Origin: Chiloscyllium plagiosum
Taxonomy: Eukaryota
DNA length: 64,000 bases
Direction: 5' to 3'
Assembly (NCBI RefSeq): GCF_004010195.1
Contig: NC_057719.1
Location: 60,375,080 to 60,439,079, forward strand
Part shown: piece by piece, positions 14,274-27,962 of the stretch
Position numbering within the stretch: position 1 is the stretch's first letter
Layout: each line of letters begins with the position of its first letter
Notes under the pieces: generated by a model
What the model was told of the DNA's origin: nothing
Seen by the model: only the letters and a program-made list of their open reading frames with translations
Databases searched by the model: none
Translations under genes and position numbers: made by a program

Positions 14274-14589
14274 GGGCGGCACGGTGGCACAGTGGTTAGC
14301 ACTGCTGCCTCACAGCGCCAGAGACCTGGGTTCAATTCCCGACTCAGGCGACTGACTGTGTGGAGTTTGCACATTCTCCCCGTGTCTGCGTGGGTTTCCT
14401 CCGGGTGCTCCGGTTTCCTCCCACACTCCAAAGATGTGCAGGTCAGATGAATTGGCCATGCTAAATTGTCAGTAGTGTTAGGTAAAAGGGGTAAATGTAG
14501 GGTAATGGGTGGGTTGCGCTTCGGCAGGTCGGTGTGGACTTGTTGGGCCGAAGGGCCTGTTTCCACACTGTAAGTAATCTAATCTAATC
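14274..14589 (+). mobile_element. Full-length HE1-type V-SINE
   Basis: tRNA head with A box (tggcacagtgg) and B box (ggttcaattccc), V-domain core, (taatc)n tail. Confidence 0.95.
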
Positions 14590-16134
14590 ATTATCTCCAA
14601 TTTTCTTCCTAAGCAACTCCCTCCCCTCTTTTACAACTACTTTATCAATCTAACTGCTTCACCCAGTTTTTTGCAGTTATATTCGAATTAGTGCCACATC
14701 TAAAAATGTTAAATGATCTTAAACCTGAAACTCACCATCACAAGTGCAGTACAGCAGAACCTCCACCAGATCTAAGCCAAATCCTGGGAAAAACAGGTCT
14801 GCTATAAGGTTGAGGTGAGGTGCCTGCAAGAATGCATCAGTATTTGCCAAGCTGAACTGACAGTGGACTGATGGAGTAATGACAGACTCTCAATGGGCAT
14901 GCTATCTGAGGCTTAAAGAAAACATAAATGGCAACATTTACCAGGTATATTTACCAGATATATTTTCTTGATTTGGGAAGGGGTCCTGCTTATGGATCAC
15001 CCAAACTGGATGCAAATAAATGAAAACACTGTGGTCAAGGTTTTTGTGGTATTGTAGAGACTCAAACTTTTGCTGATGCAGATCCAGAAGTCCTGTTCTC
15101 ATTTTTCAAATTTACGAGTGGGGTTGGCAGAGAAAATGTATGAAGACGGGCCTTGGCTGATATATGAGGGAAACCCAAACCCTGAAGGGCCATTTTAACA
15201 ATGCTGAGGTTAAATAGATCACATTTTCATTGAGCCAGGACCCTATCTTGCAATGTGTAAGTTGCATTTTTTAAGAGTATATGTAAATGTATGTGAAGAG
15301 CAGATCAGGTATATATAGCTGTCAAACTATCAAGTTGGTTAAATATTCTGTTCATCAAAGATTGAAGAAAACCAAAAGGTTGCGTCTGTGAGCTTTAAAA
15401 AAAATCTGTTCCAGTAATATCAATTATTTCTGCAATCTAATATTTATTTCAGTGAGGGGCTTTAAATTCATAGTATGATTAACAGTGCAAAGAGGTTATT
15501 GAAGAATTTTGAAAGGTGAAGGGATTTTTAAAACATACTAATCAACCTGACTCAGAACTCAACATCCTCAGCAGCTGCCTCCTATCTGTGGCCTGACATC
15601 AATCCACAACTCCTCTCCTGGAAATAGGATCTCACCATTCAGGACACCTTTCCCTAAGGCAGCGAGATGGGAGATTTCCCATTCCTGCACACTCATCTCA
15701 GGTGTGAAAATTCAGGCCTACACTTTGATGACAGATTGCTGGTCTTTGTCTTCGATATGCTGGTGTCTTTGAGAAGCAAGGTTAACTCTAAAAATAAAGT
15801 AATATTTCTGCACTGGTGCACAACTGAAATCTTAGTATAAATAGCCTAATATTTGATTATTAGGTCTACTGCTCAACAATTGCCGTTATTTAATGCTTTT
15901 GTTTTCTGCTTTGCTCGTTTTTGCATTGTGCTCTCAGCAATGAATTTTTCAATGTCTTTTACAGCCTCTCTGTGATTTTTATTTAGTTCTTTTCTGTGAA
16001 CTTTACTTTTTGGATTCTCCCTTTCTCATATCTAATGACATATTTTTTTCACTATTCCTGTTGCTCCTCTTTTGTTCTTCAATCCTGACAGTTTTGTTGT
16101 TTTTTTTCAGTGATCTTATTATTTCTTCTCTTGC

Positions 16135-16790
16135 ATGAAGTGAGGTCATGCACTTTGGTAGGAAAAAGTGAGGACTGCAGATGCTGGAGATCAGAGTCGA
16201 AAAGTGTGGCATTGGAAAAACGCAACCAGTCAGGCAGCATCCGAGGAGCAGGAGAATTAGTGTTTCAGGCATAAGCCCTTCATCACATTTCCACTACGGT
16301 AGGAAGGATCACATTTAAATGGAGAGACGATAGAGGGATCTAAGTATTATGCATGAAACACAATAATGTTTGTATGGAAGTGCAGCAAGTAATTTTAAAA
16401 TGGCAAATGAAAACTTGGCGTTTATTACAAGAGGGTTAGAATTTAAAGATAAGGAAGTCTTACACATGGTGTTGGTGAGGCTACATTTGGAGAACTGTGC
16501 ATAATTTTGATCCCTGTATTTAAGAAATGCACAGGCATTGGAGGCAGATCAAAAGAAATTCACTAGCCTACTAACGAGGCTAAGGTGGTCAAGAATGATG
16601 AAATAGGTTAGGCCTTCATCCATTAGCTTTATAGAAAAATAGGTGCGCTTATTAAAGCATACAAGGTCCTGAAGGAGACTGACAAAATAGATGTTGAGAA
16701 GATATTTCCACTAGTGAGGGGAATTTTAAACTAGGGGACATAGTTACAGAAGGTGGGGCCACTCATTTAGAACAAGGTTGGTCAGGTTAC
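16135..16790 (+). mobile_element. Degraded CR1 RT C-terminal fragment
   Basis: EVMHFGR and LVRLHLENCA motifs; interrupted at 16165-16291. Confidence 0.8.
16165..16291 (-). mobile_element. Penelope-derived short insertion
   Basis: aaagtgaggactgcagatgctggagatcagag...ggcataagcccttcatca; direct repeat cact(tt/ac)ggtaggaa at 16151-16164 and 16292-16305. Confidence 0.85.
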
Positions 16791-17865
16791 TGAGGGCCAA
16801 AAAAATGCTTAAGAACAACAATTACTTTGCTACCATCCAGGAGAAAAAGTCAGAGAAATGGTGTGATAAATTTGAACTTGCACCATAGCAGAAAAATTAA
16901 AAGTAGCAGGTTGGCTAGGTATGATTTGTAATGCAAAGGCATATTGAACAGATTCTGTAATAGAAAACCCAATTCAACACAGTTTGTTTCTGCTTCATGC
17001 ATAAGGCTATAATCCATCCCTGTAAGCTCATTGCTGGGAAATGTTCAGGTCTACAATGGGAGCTCCAAAAAGGGAGAAATATGCAAAAAGACTGGTAAAG
17101 AGAGAGGAAACCTGTGATAAGGGTAGGGGGATGAACAAAAACTCCTGATAAAATCTTATGATGAAAGTCGAGAGAGATATGCATTGGTCAAAGACCCAAA
17201 AGATTGTAGCAAAGTCACTGTGAGGTGGCCTAAAGACAGTTGACAAAAATACTCAAGACATTTTCTTGTAAGTTATGAACTTGTAAAAGAACAAATACTT
17301 CGGAGAGGAAATGTGAAAACATTTGGACTGGGCATTAGGACATACTTTAAATCATTATATAGAAAAATGTTGATCCACTTTTTCAAGAAGCACAAAATAC
17401 TGTATTATATAATCAGCAGCTGGATTTTTGAGGAATGATAGATTCTGGTCCGAAATGTTTAAGAGCTATTTAAAACCTAACCAGAAGTCTGCTGTCATTT
17501 CATTTTGATACATACTCAACTTAGCTTTGGACTGAGAGTCAGTCTTGTTACACATGGTGAGGTGTGGTTGAAACAAATAGAATTTACAAGGAATTTATAA
17601 ATAGAATTTACAAGGGAAAGAGGTTTCCTTTACCCACATCAAAAGCAGGCGTCACTGCATTTGCACATGCAAATAAGGGGACTAACATCTACCTCATGTC
17701 TCTGCTGTGACTTTAAGTACTGGGTGCCTCTAGGAAAAAACAGTAATGATTGGTAAATAGTTTTTAAAAAAGCACTTAACATAATCACTAGCGTCCCAAG
17801 GGTCAAGATTTGAGACTTTTCTTCCAGCTTGAAATTCCAGCACCCCTTTGATCTCCCAGCCCAGA

Positions 17866-18554
17866 TTTGAAAAGTGTGGGACTGGAAAAGCACAGCAGGT
17901 CAGGCAGCATCCAAGAAGCAGGAGAATCGACATTTCCAGCATAAGCCCTCCATCAGGAATATGGGAGAGGGAAGGGGGCTGACAAATAAATATAAGGGTG
18001 AGGATGAGGCTGGGGAGAAGGTAGCTGAGAAGGCAATAGGTAGATCGAGGTGAAAAGTGATGGTGATAGACCGGGGGGGGGGGGGGTGATGCGCATAAGT
18101 GAGAAGGAAGATGGATAGGTAGGACAGTTCAAGACAGCGGTGTCGAGTTGGAACATTTCAGGGAACATCTCTGGGGCACATGCACTAAACAACCCCACCG
18201 CCTTGTGGTTGACCACTTTAATTCCTCCTCCCACTCCGCCAAGAACATGCAAGTCCTGGGTCACCTCCACCGCCAAATCAATGCCACCCTACATTTGGAG
18301 AAAGATCTTCTGCCTTAAGACCTTTCAACTACATGGCATCAACGTCGATTTCACCAGTTTCCTCACCTCCACCACTGACCACACCCCCCCCGCCCCCAAC
18401 TCATCCCAGATCCAACCTTCCAACTCGGCACTATTGATGAAGGGCTTAAGTCTGAAACATCGATTCTCCTGTTCCTCAGATGCTGCCTGACTTGCTGTGC
18501 TTTACTAGCGCCACACTTTTCGACTCTGATCTCCAGCATCTGCAGTCCTCACTT
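17866..18554 (+). mobile_element. 5'-truncated Penelope-like element with inverted upstream terminal repeat
   Basis: FREHLWGTCTKQPHRLVVDHFNSSSHSAKNMQVLG...FQLHGINVDFTSF (GIY-YIG C-terminus); inverted terminal repeats; perfect 14-bp duplication tctcccagcccaga (17852-17865, 18555-18568). Confidence 0.9.
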
Positions 18555-19239
18555 TCTCCCAGCCCAGAGCCACTCTCAAAGCCCTGTTATTCCTGACATA
18601 TTTCCAACAAATGTGATTGCTGCCTAATTGTCTCCCATGTCCAATCACAAAATTAAAGAATTATTTGTTCTTTCTCACCATATGATTAATTTCCTGTTTC
18701 ACTGTACATCAATCCTTCTTCCTCCAATGTCCCAGTTACTGCAATCCCACCTTTTAAGCTTCACACCTTGCCTCATTTTTCTTCTTACAATAGCCTCCCT
18801 CACCCAAATTGCATTTTACATTCATATCAATTGTCACCATTGGCTTTTCTTCTTATTCCCCGTTGGAGAGTTGGTCTATATCTCAATTCCCTGTACCTGC
18901 AGATCTGATATTGCCTTCTATGGTATCCTTTTCATCCCTCCCCTCTTACTATTTTCTCTTTTTTTCTTTGACTATTTTCTTTTTTATTTCCCTTTTCTAC
19001 CTCCTCACCATTTCTCAGTCTCCACATTGGTTCCATTAACCTTCACCATCTAGTTCTACTTCAACTAATTGAATTCTAATTGATATTTTCTTGTGTACAA
19101 ATTGCACAGGAAACTGTCTGATGATTTATTATAAACATTAAGGCTTTCCAAAGTTCCAGTGGCATTGTACATGCAGTCTACATTGTGAGCATGACACTAT
19201 AGTATCTAATGTTAAATGATTATCAAAAAAAGCTGTTTA

Positions 19240-19950
19240 CCCCCTGACATTCAATGGCTTTATAATTGCACAATTCTCTCCATCCACCCATCCTCTTCCC
19301 TACCCACCAACATCTTAGGGGTTACCACTGAACTAAGAGCTGAAGTGGACTAGAAATATAAATACTGTGGCTACAAGAGCAGGTCAAAGGCTAGGAATTC
19401 TGTAGCTACACATCTTCTGATTCCCCAAAGCCTGTCCACTATCGACAAAGCACAACTTAAGGATGCGATGCAATATTCTCCATTTGCCTGCATGATGCAG
19501 TTCCAGCAACACTCAAGAAACTTGACACCATCTAGGTCAAAGCAGGCCATTTCATTGGCACTTTTCAACATTCACTCCCTTCACCACCATCACATGGTTA
19601 AAGCTTTATGCACAATCTACAAGTTACAATGTAGGCACTCACGAAGGTTCTTTCCAAACTTGTGACCTCTACAACTTAGAATAACAAGGACAGCAAATAC
19701 ATGGAAACACTACCACTTGCAAGTTCTCCTCCAAGCACATTAAACAATATCCTGACCTGGAACTATATTATTGTTCCTTCAACATCACTGGGTCAAAATC
19801 CTGGAATTCCATTCCTGACAGCGCTGTGTGTGTCCCTACAACCCAAAGACTACAGCAGTTCAAGAAGATAACTTGCCACCATCTTTGGTAAATTACAGAT
19901 AGGCAAGATTTACTGGCCTAACCAGCAACCTCCACATCCCATGAACAAAT
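19240..19950 (+). mobile_element. CR1-clade LINE (second family) RT C-terminus and 3' UTR
   Basis: LKWTRNINTVATRAGQRLGIL..LLIPQSLSTIDKAQLKDAMQYSPFA. Confidence 0.75.
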
Positions 19951-20429
19951 TTCTAAAACTGCCAATCATCTCCATTCTCATAGTTTATTTAATACCAACA
20001 GCTGTATTTAATGGGTGCCACAGGATGGCACTGTAACCGTTCATAATTCAAAACCTTTTGCTTAGGTAAATAAAGGCAAGTCCAATGTACTCACCTTGTA
20101 ACTCTAAGAGTGTGTTTCATGAGAGTTCTGCTCCAGTTTTTTTGCAAAACAATATGGTTTTTGACAGCTTCTTCTGTTTAACAACAGTATTGCGACCATT
20201 TACGCTTCATGAAAGTACACATACGTCAAGAATAGAAATAGGCCATTTTGCCAAACTGGTCCATACATGTCTGAATGTTTCAAACATGGGTCCTCCCACC
20301 CTTTTTCACTTAATCCTATCAACAAATCTTCCGATGTTTCTATTCTTTTTTCTTATTCATTCACAAAACGTTGGCATTTCTGGAGTGGTCAGCACTAATT
20401 GTGTTTGTGAAAGTGATACTGAGGTGCCT

Positions 20430-21400
20430 TCTTGACCTCAACAGTCCATTGGAAGGAAGGACACTCGCAGTGTTACTCGGTAGAGAGTTTGTTCCCTCAC
20501 AATGTTTTGGGCTCATTTGAAGAAGTGAACGGTATGTATGTTCCATTAATTTTCTGCTGCTCTTTAGACAATGGCATCTTGGGAATTTCAGTTGTAAATA
20601 AGAATGAAAGCAAAAAAAGACACCAATTGAATAAACCTGAAGATATGAGAAAGTTAAACCCTCTTGAGCACTTACACCAGGACTGCATAGGAAGCTCCTT
20701 CATAGAATTCTGATTAACAACTTGATCAAACTTTTAACACTATCATCAGGCATTTTCTCCATAATAGAGACACAGTGGAATAAGGACATTTGGTTTCTGT
20801 ATATTATCAGATACTTGCTCTGTGGCCAACATATTCCCCAATGCTCTTTTAATCTCTTTAGATGAGGTACATCATTCCTACTCTATGGCAGTTCATTCAT
20901 TTTTTTTTGACTGCACCAGTCTTAACATGTAAATCTCTCTTTGTTTCATTATAATGTTGTTGTTGCTATCTTCTATTGAATTAGGTTGCCCTACATGTTT
21001 CGGCAAATCTTATTGTGAAACAGAATGCTGATTTTCTGTATAAATACTTTGCCTTCTTTTTAAGTGCCTGGTGCATAAATCATTCCCCAGTGGTTGAAAA
21101 TACTCTCAGTTCAGTTGAGAATGTATGCAATATGTGAGTGTCTTTGGTTGTCCACTTGAGCTATGAAGCAGCATCATGCCATACTGTGGGTTAGTTATTT
21201 GCAGCGACGTCTGTCATCCGCTGAATGTCTTATTTTATTTATTGCGTTGAGTATTCTAGAGCTCATACATGACCAGTGGCATTTTGTATTTCTATGCTCT
21301 GCAGACCTCAAACTATCATCAAATATTCACTTTTGAGATGATGTTTTTGCTATTCCTTCCTTCAATCCATGTCATTCCATTCTGTCTTCATGAGAATCCT
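20430..21400 (-). mobile_element. Possible highly degraded Gypsy pol (RNaseH-integrase) remnant
   Basis: Ordered weak motifs IQRM, NGTYIPFTS (~DNGPQFTS) and TASVLPSNGL (~TAPYHPSSNGLAER); many stops. Confidence 0.35.
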
Positions 21401-21894
21401 CTTTTCTCAAGTTCCAGTTCCATGTAACATGACATCATTTGACAGTACTGATGATGCAGTCTGGTTATTATCATACTAACCTCATGTATTGCAACGTACT
21501 CACTACAGAATTTTTCACATCTGATCCCTCTTCCTTCATCATGTACTTATTTGTCTTCCTTACATATATTTTTGTTATTTGCCTTAACTACTTCTCATAG
21601 TAGCAAATTCCATATTCTAACTATTCTCTGGTAAAGGCATTTATCTTGATTTTTCTTTTGGATTCATTAACATTCCTTCTAAACTGTGTGACTGCACAGG
21701 CGCTCCAAAGTTCTGCACATGCCAACTGGCATTGATTCAGAAGTCAATGTTGCACTTTAGAGGTCCAAGCACCAAAAGAATAAATTAAACTACAGACAAA
21801 GAGTCATGAACATAGCCCAGTCATATCTATACTTCCTGCTGCCTTGGGAAAGTAAACAACATAATCAATCTTCCACCCCACCCCACCCACCCAA

Positions 21895-22380
21895 AATATT
21901 GATTATACTCTCCTCCACCCTCTTCCATCAGGCTGAAGAGATAAAAGTTTGCATACACGTATAAACAGATTCAAGAACAGCTTCTTTCATATTGTTAGTG
22001 GACTTCTGAATGGACTCCTCAAATTTCAAATTTCATGTTAATCTCATTTTTTGTACAACTGCTCTGCAGCTATACTATTGTATTCCCTAAGGCACTTTGA
22101 ATGGTATGACCTGCCTGCATGCAAAACAAAACTTTTCACTGTACCTAGGTACAGGTAGTTCTTTTCTAAGACAATGGTTGCGTTCTTGTGCAATCCCGTG
22201 TTATAGAAAATCACACTTTAGAAACTGTGCTTAAAGAGTTGGTGCTGTAATCGCTTAAAAAGTTCACGCTTTAGGAACAGTATTCCAATCCATCAATCGT
22301 GTTATAGTGAATTCGCACTAGTAAAGTGCATTTTATAACAGAATGACTTGTTTATGTGACAATAATAAATCAAATCAAAT
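21895..22380 (+). mobile_element. Rex1/Babar-like LINE 3' end
   Basis: LLHPLPSG*RDKSL..RINRFKNSF; tail gacaataataaatcaaatcaaat; homologous to 34865-35150. Confidence 0.75.
22152..22350. mobile_element. Tigger/pogo-type MITE inserted in the Rex1 3' UTR
   Basis: TA|caggtagttct...agaatgacttg imperfect TIRs; homologous to 30406 and 34604 copies. Confidence 0.75.
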
Positions 22381-23369
22381 GTAGAACCATCCATCTGCCC
22401 AATCAAATTCATTTAAAAATTCTCTCACTGTGTCAACAGTATGTATCATCTAAAAGGTGAAATGCAGTAACTTCTCAAGGCTCCTTCAACAGCACCTTCC
22501 AAAGCTGCAGTCCCTATCACCTAGAACACTTCAGAAGAACAAGAGAGCATGGGAATCCTTCTAATCACACACTACCCTGACTTCAAAATTCATTGCTTTC
22601 CTTCCCTGGGACTAGATCAAGACCTTAGATCTCCCCTCCCTTATAGCACTGGACAACAGCAGTTCTAGGAGATACCTCATCACAAATGTTTCCTCTAAAT
22701 TGTACAGAATCCAACAGTTCTCACCCAAAAAGCACACAGATTGCCCTTTTAAGTTGCCATGTATACATGGCTATTGAAAAATATTGAAGGGAATCATACA
22801 CTTAAATTAACTGCATACCCCAAAGAAAAACAGATTTTTCACCACAGACTTCCAAAGGCAATTCAGAATGGGCAATAAATGCTGGCCTTGCCAGGACTGT
22901 CTAAATCCTAGGAACAGGTGAATCAAAAGCTGCATTAAAAGTTTAAGGCCCTCTTTCAAATTATCCTTTAGTCTTTCTTTTCTGAAGTAGAGAGACATGG
23001 CTTGTTCACTTCCTCCTGGTTGTTTTGTTCCTGGTATCATCCTTGTAAATATTTTATGGATGTTGTTGGTAATAAGTGTCATGTTCTTCTCTTCAGCATA
23101 AGTCTCCCAATCATACAATAAAGATTCTTGAAACCATAATGTAGGTTCTATATTTGAAAATAAGACTATATGCAAGTTATGCTAATGAGATGGCTAATAA
23201 CTTATTTTCCTGCTGTAGATTTAATACAAGTCATGGGACTAATATACCGTATCCTGTTGAGGTGAAATGATTGACTGCAATTTAAGGTACACTTGTTAAA
23301 GATCTATATATATTATATTCCTGCAATACAGAAATCATAAATACTCACAATACTCTGAAGTGTGGTTTA

Positions 23370-24030
23370 ACCAAGGTTTAGACCATATGGAATCAGAGTA
23401 AAAGTAAGCCAGTCTATCAAGTATGCTATGCCATTCAATGAGATTATGTCTGGTGACAATCTTCAACACCATTGTCCTGCCTTTTCTCTATAACCTTTGA
23501 TTCCCTTACTGATTAAAAATCCCTCAGTTTTGAAGTTATTTAACAGACAGACTCAACAGACTTTACCCTGTGATAAAGCTATCCACAGTTCCACTGCCCT
23601 CAGAAAAGGAATTACTCTATATCTCTGTCTTATTCTACTATTATGCTCACTGGTTCTAGACTCTCCCATGTGAGGAAACAGTTTTCCAAATCTATCCTAT
23701 CGAGTCCTCTAATAATTTTGTATGTTTCAATAAGATTGCCCCTTATTCTTTTATATTTTAATCTCTCCTCAAAAACAGTCCCTCCCAACTTGATATCAGC
23801 TGAATGAACCTTCTCTGGATTGCCTTCAATACCAGTATATCTTCATTAGATAGGGGTCACAAAACTGTCCACAATATTCCAGCTGTGGTCTGACTAGTAC
23901 CATGTATAGTTTAAGCAACACCTCTCTACTTACAAACTCTAATCACTTTGAAAAAAAGGCCAACAGTCTATTTTCCTTCCCTGTTATTGAACTTGGTTGC
24001 TCGCTTTTTGTGATTCATGGATGAGGATTC
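23370..24030 (-). mobile_element. CR1 LINE 3' fragment
   Basis: Reverse complement gives LVRPQLEYCGQF and a CR1 3' UTR (ggttctagactctccc). Confidence 0.8.
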
Positions 24031-24559
24031 ACTTTAACTTCCTGAAATGCAAACCTTTTCCTCTGAAAATGATCTGTATTTTCTTTACATCTTAGTCCCT
24101 TCAGTGGTTATTCTGTATAATGTGTCCAATCATTCACTAATCCATGTCTCTGGTTTTGCATTGCTGTGCTTGTTCGTCTATGTCACAATTTGCAATAATA
24201 ATGTAGCAACCAGAGGGAAGACAAAATTGCCAGTCCAGCTTCTCCCTGTGCCTGACAATTGTCCTCCAACACCCTTCATATTTAATCAAAGATCCCAATG
24301 AAGGCCCATTTTTTAATTAATTAATTTTCCCCAGCAAAGTATTTTTCTCTATTTATGTAATTTCCCTAGTGAAGCCCTGAAACTTAATTAAGTCTGTCAT
24401 CTGAAGCTTAAATATTATTAATTAATTAATATAGACAATTTGTAAGAGTGCTTTCAATTTATCCCAATTTTTAATTTGGTTAATTTTGTTAACTCCCATT
24501 TTAATGAATTTGGTCAATTTATAACTTCACTATTGCAAACTGACTTTAACGTATTTAAA

Positions 24560-24730
24560 AGCAAAATACTGTGGATCCTGTGCATGTCAGGCAACATCTC
24601 TGGAGCGAAACATTTAATGTTTCTGATTGATGACCTTTCATCAGAACTGAAGGCGGTTAGAAATGTAAGAATATTTAAGCCAGTGGTACGAAAGCAAGAG
24701 TCAGGAAGAACAAGGGGAGAAGGTCTTTAT
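24560..24730 (-). mobile_element. Old Penelope terminal repeat with degenerate hammerhead core
   Basis: Minus strand GTT-CTGATGA-A-AGGTCATCAATCA-GAAACATT; a related copy lies at ~27585-27700. Confidence 0.6.
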
Positions 24731-24819
24731 AGGTTGGAAATTAGCAGAGATTAAATAATGAAATATTTTGTCATACAACAGTCAAGAAAGAGTGGTAATG
24801 GATTTAGAATATTAATAAG

Positions 24820-26090
24820 GGTTGTTTTCAAATTTATGCCCATCTCGCATTGTCCTTGGAAGTCGATGGTGTGTCACCATCTTGAACCACTGCAGTCCAT
24901 GTACATACGCACCCATAGAGAGAGAGTTCTAGGATTTTGACCCAGTTACAGTAAAGTAGCAACAATACAGTCCCCAGTCAGGGTGGTGTGTGACTAGGGA
25001 AGAACTTACAGCTGGCAGTAGCCTCATGTATTTGTTCCCATGTTCTTCTAAGAGGTCAAGATTAGGGATTTGGAAGATGTTGTTCAAGGATATAACAAAA
25101 TGTGAAGGCTACAATGCATCTTATAAATAGTAGATCCACTATCACCATGTGCCAGTGATACAGAAAATGATGAAAGTTTAAATTGGTGGATGGGTGCTGT
25201 GAGATATTGTGTTATAGGTTATCTTTATTAACTCACTCACCAGCTCACCATTTTCATTAATACCAGGTTCCTGTTCATTAATTCATAATTCTTTACTAAC
25301 CCATTATTTCTTATAACACAGTTTCATTCATTCATTCATAAAACGTGGTTCTGTAGTATATTTTACTAGTATGTAGTATCTCATAAGATAGACCAAACTA
25401 AAACAATCCTTTCCAATTGAAACAACCCTTTCAACCATTACTGCTTTTTCACACCTTCAATTCTTATCAGCCTTTGCTACAAGCAGTGTTTAGGCCTATT
25501 AACTTCTGAATAAGGATAGCACATTCTGAACAATATCATTCCTACTATCATGTCTCCATAAGAACTGTGTAGAAATAAATTATTGTAAGGACTGTATTTC
25601 AGGATTTTATTGCTGCTTCTAACTTGTGCTACTTGCGATTGCTGAATAAAACAGACTATTTTCGCCACTCACCAATTTCAGTCATTATTTGAACATGATC
25701 CCACAGTGCTGATCGACTGGGTGTTTCGTTCTGGATGGTATTATTGGAGCTTTACTGATGCAGACAAGTGGAGGGTATTACATAATTTTCTGACTTCTAT
25801 CTTTGAAATGGACAGACTTTGGTGAGTTGAGGTGAGTTACCCACTGCAGAATTCACATGCTGCTCTTGTATCTACAGTCATATACAGTTGATCCAGTTAA
25901 GCTTTTGGTTAATGACAACTCCTAGGATGTTAATGGTGGTAGATTCAGTAATGATAATACAATTGAATATTTATAGGAAATGATTAGAGTCTCGCTTCTT
26001 GAATATAGTCATTGCCTGTCACTCTGTAGGGCAAAGATTGCCATTTATTAGCCCAAGACTGAATGTTGCCCTAGTCCTGCTGTCTATTGG
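24820..26090 (-). mobile_element. Fragmented CR1-clade LINE (same family as 19240-19950), pieces at ~24820-25200 and ~25735-26090
   Basis: Reverse-complement similarity to 19240-19950 (e.g. gctgctcttgtatctacagt vs actgtggctacaagagcagg). Confidence 0.6.
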
Positions 26091-26219
26091 CATCCAAAGC
26101 ACATTACAATATTCAAAAAAGAGATATGTAACTATGGACTATCTTTCATGACCTCAAGACATCTCAGTCTTTTGCAGCTTAATGGAGTATTCATCATGTC
26201 ACTGCGGTAGTCAGAAATT

Positions 26220-26490
26220 ATATGAATATCATTCATGCCTTAGTTACAGCTACACTTTGTTTCGATGCTCCACTTGCCAGCCTCCCATTTTGCACCCTCC
26301 ACTAACCTCATGCAAAATTCTGCTGCCTGTACACTAATTCATACAAAATCCTTTTCACCAGTTAACCTTGTACTCAACTGGCACAGCCTGGACTTTAAAC
26401 CTTTGATTCTTGCATTCAACCTCATCATGTCTCTTGCATTCCTATCTTTGTAAACTCCTCCAGCCCTTCCAAGGTCTCAGCATCCTTGTC
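26220..26490 (+). mobile_element. L2 LINE C-terminal fragment
   Basis: IIHALVTATL, LMQNSAACTL, LDFKPLILAF resemble L2 ORF2 C-terminal motifs. Confidence 0.55.
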
Positions 26491-26951
26491 CGAATGCATT
26501 TTTCATTGATTCACTTGCTTTATTTAGTAAAATACTTGGACCCTGTGCTGATGAAGATTTGGACCCCGGCAGGGGGGAAGGGGGTCCCACTGTTCCATGA
26601 TCGGTCAATAAGCACTCACAATCAGTCTGGTTCTTTAAGACTTCACTCTTTAATATCTTCATACGGCGGGTACAGAGTATCTGGAAACACAGAGGTTGTG
26701 CACTTCTGTATTCCTCGGAGGAGCTGCACACATGGCTTAAAACACAGACATTTTTATACTTCTCTTAAAGAAAGGTACAGCCATGATCACATAGTACATT
26801 CAGACAATTACCAATCAATACACGATTGTCATATCGGTCCAGTGATATTTCCTGGGAACCAACTTTGTTTTCCAACACTCATCTCCAACCCTTATCTCAT
26901 TAACTGAGCTATTGCACCTGCATCTGAAAGTCAGTTAGGATGGCCAGTAAT

Positions 26952-27271
26952 ATTAGATTAGATTAGATTACTTACAGTGGGGAAACAGGCCCTTCGGGCC
27001 AACAAGTCCACACCGACCCGCCGAAGCACAACACACCCATTCCCCTACATTTACCCCTTTTACCTAACACTACGGGCAATTTAGCATGGCCAATTCACCT
27101 GACCTGCACATCTTTGGACTGTGGGAGGAAACCGGAACACCCGGAGGAAACCCACGCAGACACGGGGAGAATGTGCAAACTCCACACAGTCAGTTGCCTG
27201 AGTCGGGAATTGAACCCGGGACTCTGGCGCTGTGAGGCAGCAGTGCTAACCACTGTGCCACCGTGCCGCCC
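26952..27271 (-). mobile_element. Full-length HE1-type V-SINE
   Basis: Near-identical reverse complement of 14274-14589, including A/B boxes and (taatc)n tail. Confidence 0.95.
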
Positions 27272-27962
27272 ACTAGACTTATCTAGTCTAGTTATTTCTA
27301 TGCTTAAAGGGAGCATTGTCTACCAATCTCTATTGAAGCAGACTGTGGTTAGTCAATTATGGAGCTATAGCAGAATTAGCAATTAGTAACTTAAAAGCCA
27401 TTTGATGTAGCTTTAGCAGAATTGTCAATTTGCAGCTTAGAAGCCATTTTGTCATGTTATTTGCTTCTAGAAGCCATTTTATTGTCACCTAAGTTGTTAA
27501 GGACATCTGTTAAGTGGTTGTTCCTGACAACAACGAGTTACCTCAGCCTGTATTCAGCTTTCAGATCCTTACTGAAACAACTCAGCATGTCTCTGGAGCA
27601 AAACATTTAATGTTGAGATTGATGACTTTTTGTCAGACCTGAAGGTTAGAAATAAATGAGTATTTAAGTATGAAGGCAGAAGTCAGAAAGAACAAGGGGA
27701 GAAAGTCTTTTCTGGCCTTTGCTTTAAGCTTTGGAATAAACTTGCTAATTTGTTACTCTTTAAAAGACTTCTTAAAACCTTTGTGATGATACAATGGCTT
27801 TAAGAGGTGCATTTTATCCAGGTTTTCTTTTGAAGAGAGGTTTTAAGACAGAGGTACCAAGCTGTCTATTTGAATCCAATAAAGTAAATAGCTTGTGACG
27901 CCTTGGTTTTTTATTTAAGTTGGAACAATAGAAGCAGCTTGAATGGGTGCAGTCAAGATCCC

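Noticed and set aside
14274..14345. tRNA gene
   Set aside because: The A/B boxes belong to the SINE head and continue into the V domain and tail; same for 27.2 kb, 58.2 kb and 62.8 kb
17575..17615. Short duplication aaatagaatttacaagg
   Set aside because: Ordinary local slippage duplication with no further structure
18628..19053. 141-aa hydrophobic ORF suggesting a membrane protein
   Set aside because: Explained by pyrimidine-rich composition; no domain or splice support
27272..27292. 8-bp inverted repeat actagact/agtctagt beside a SINE
   Set aside because: Too short to exceed chance expectation in 64 kb
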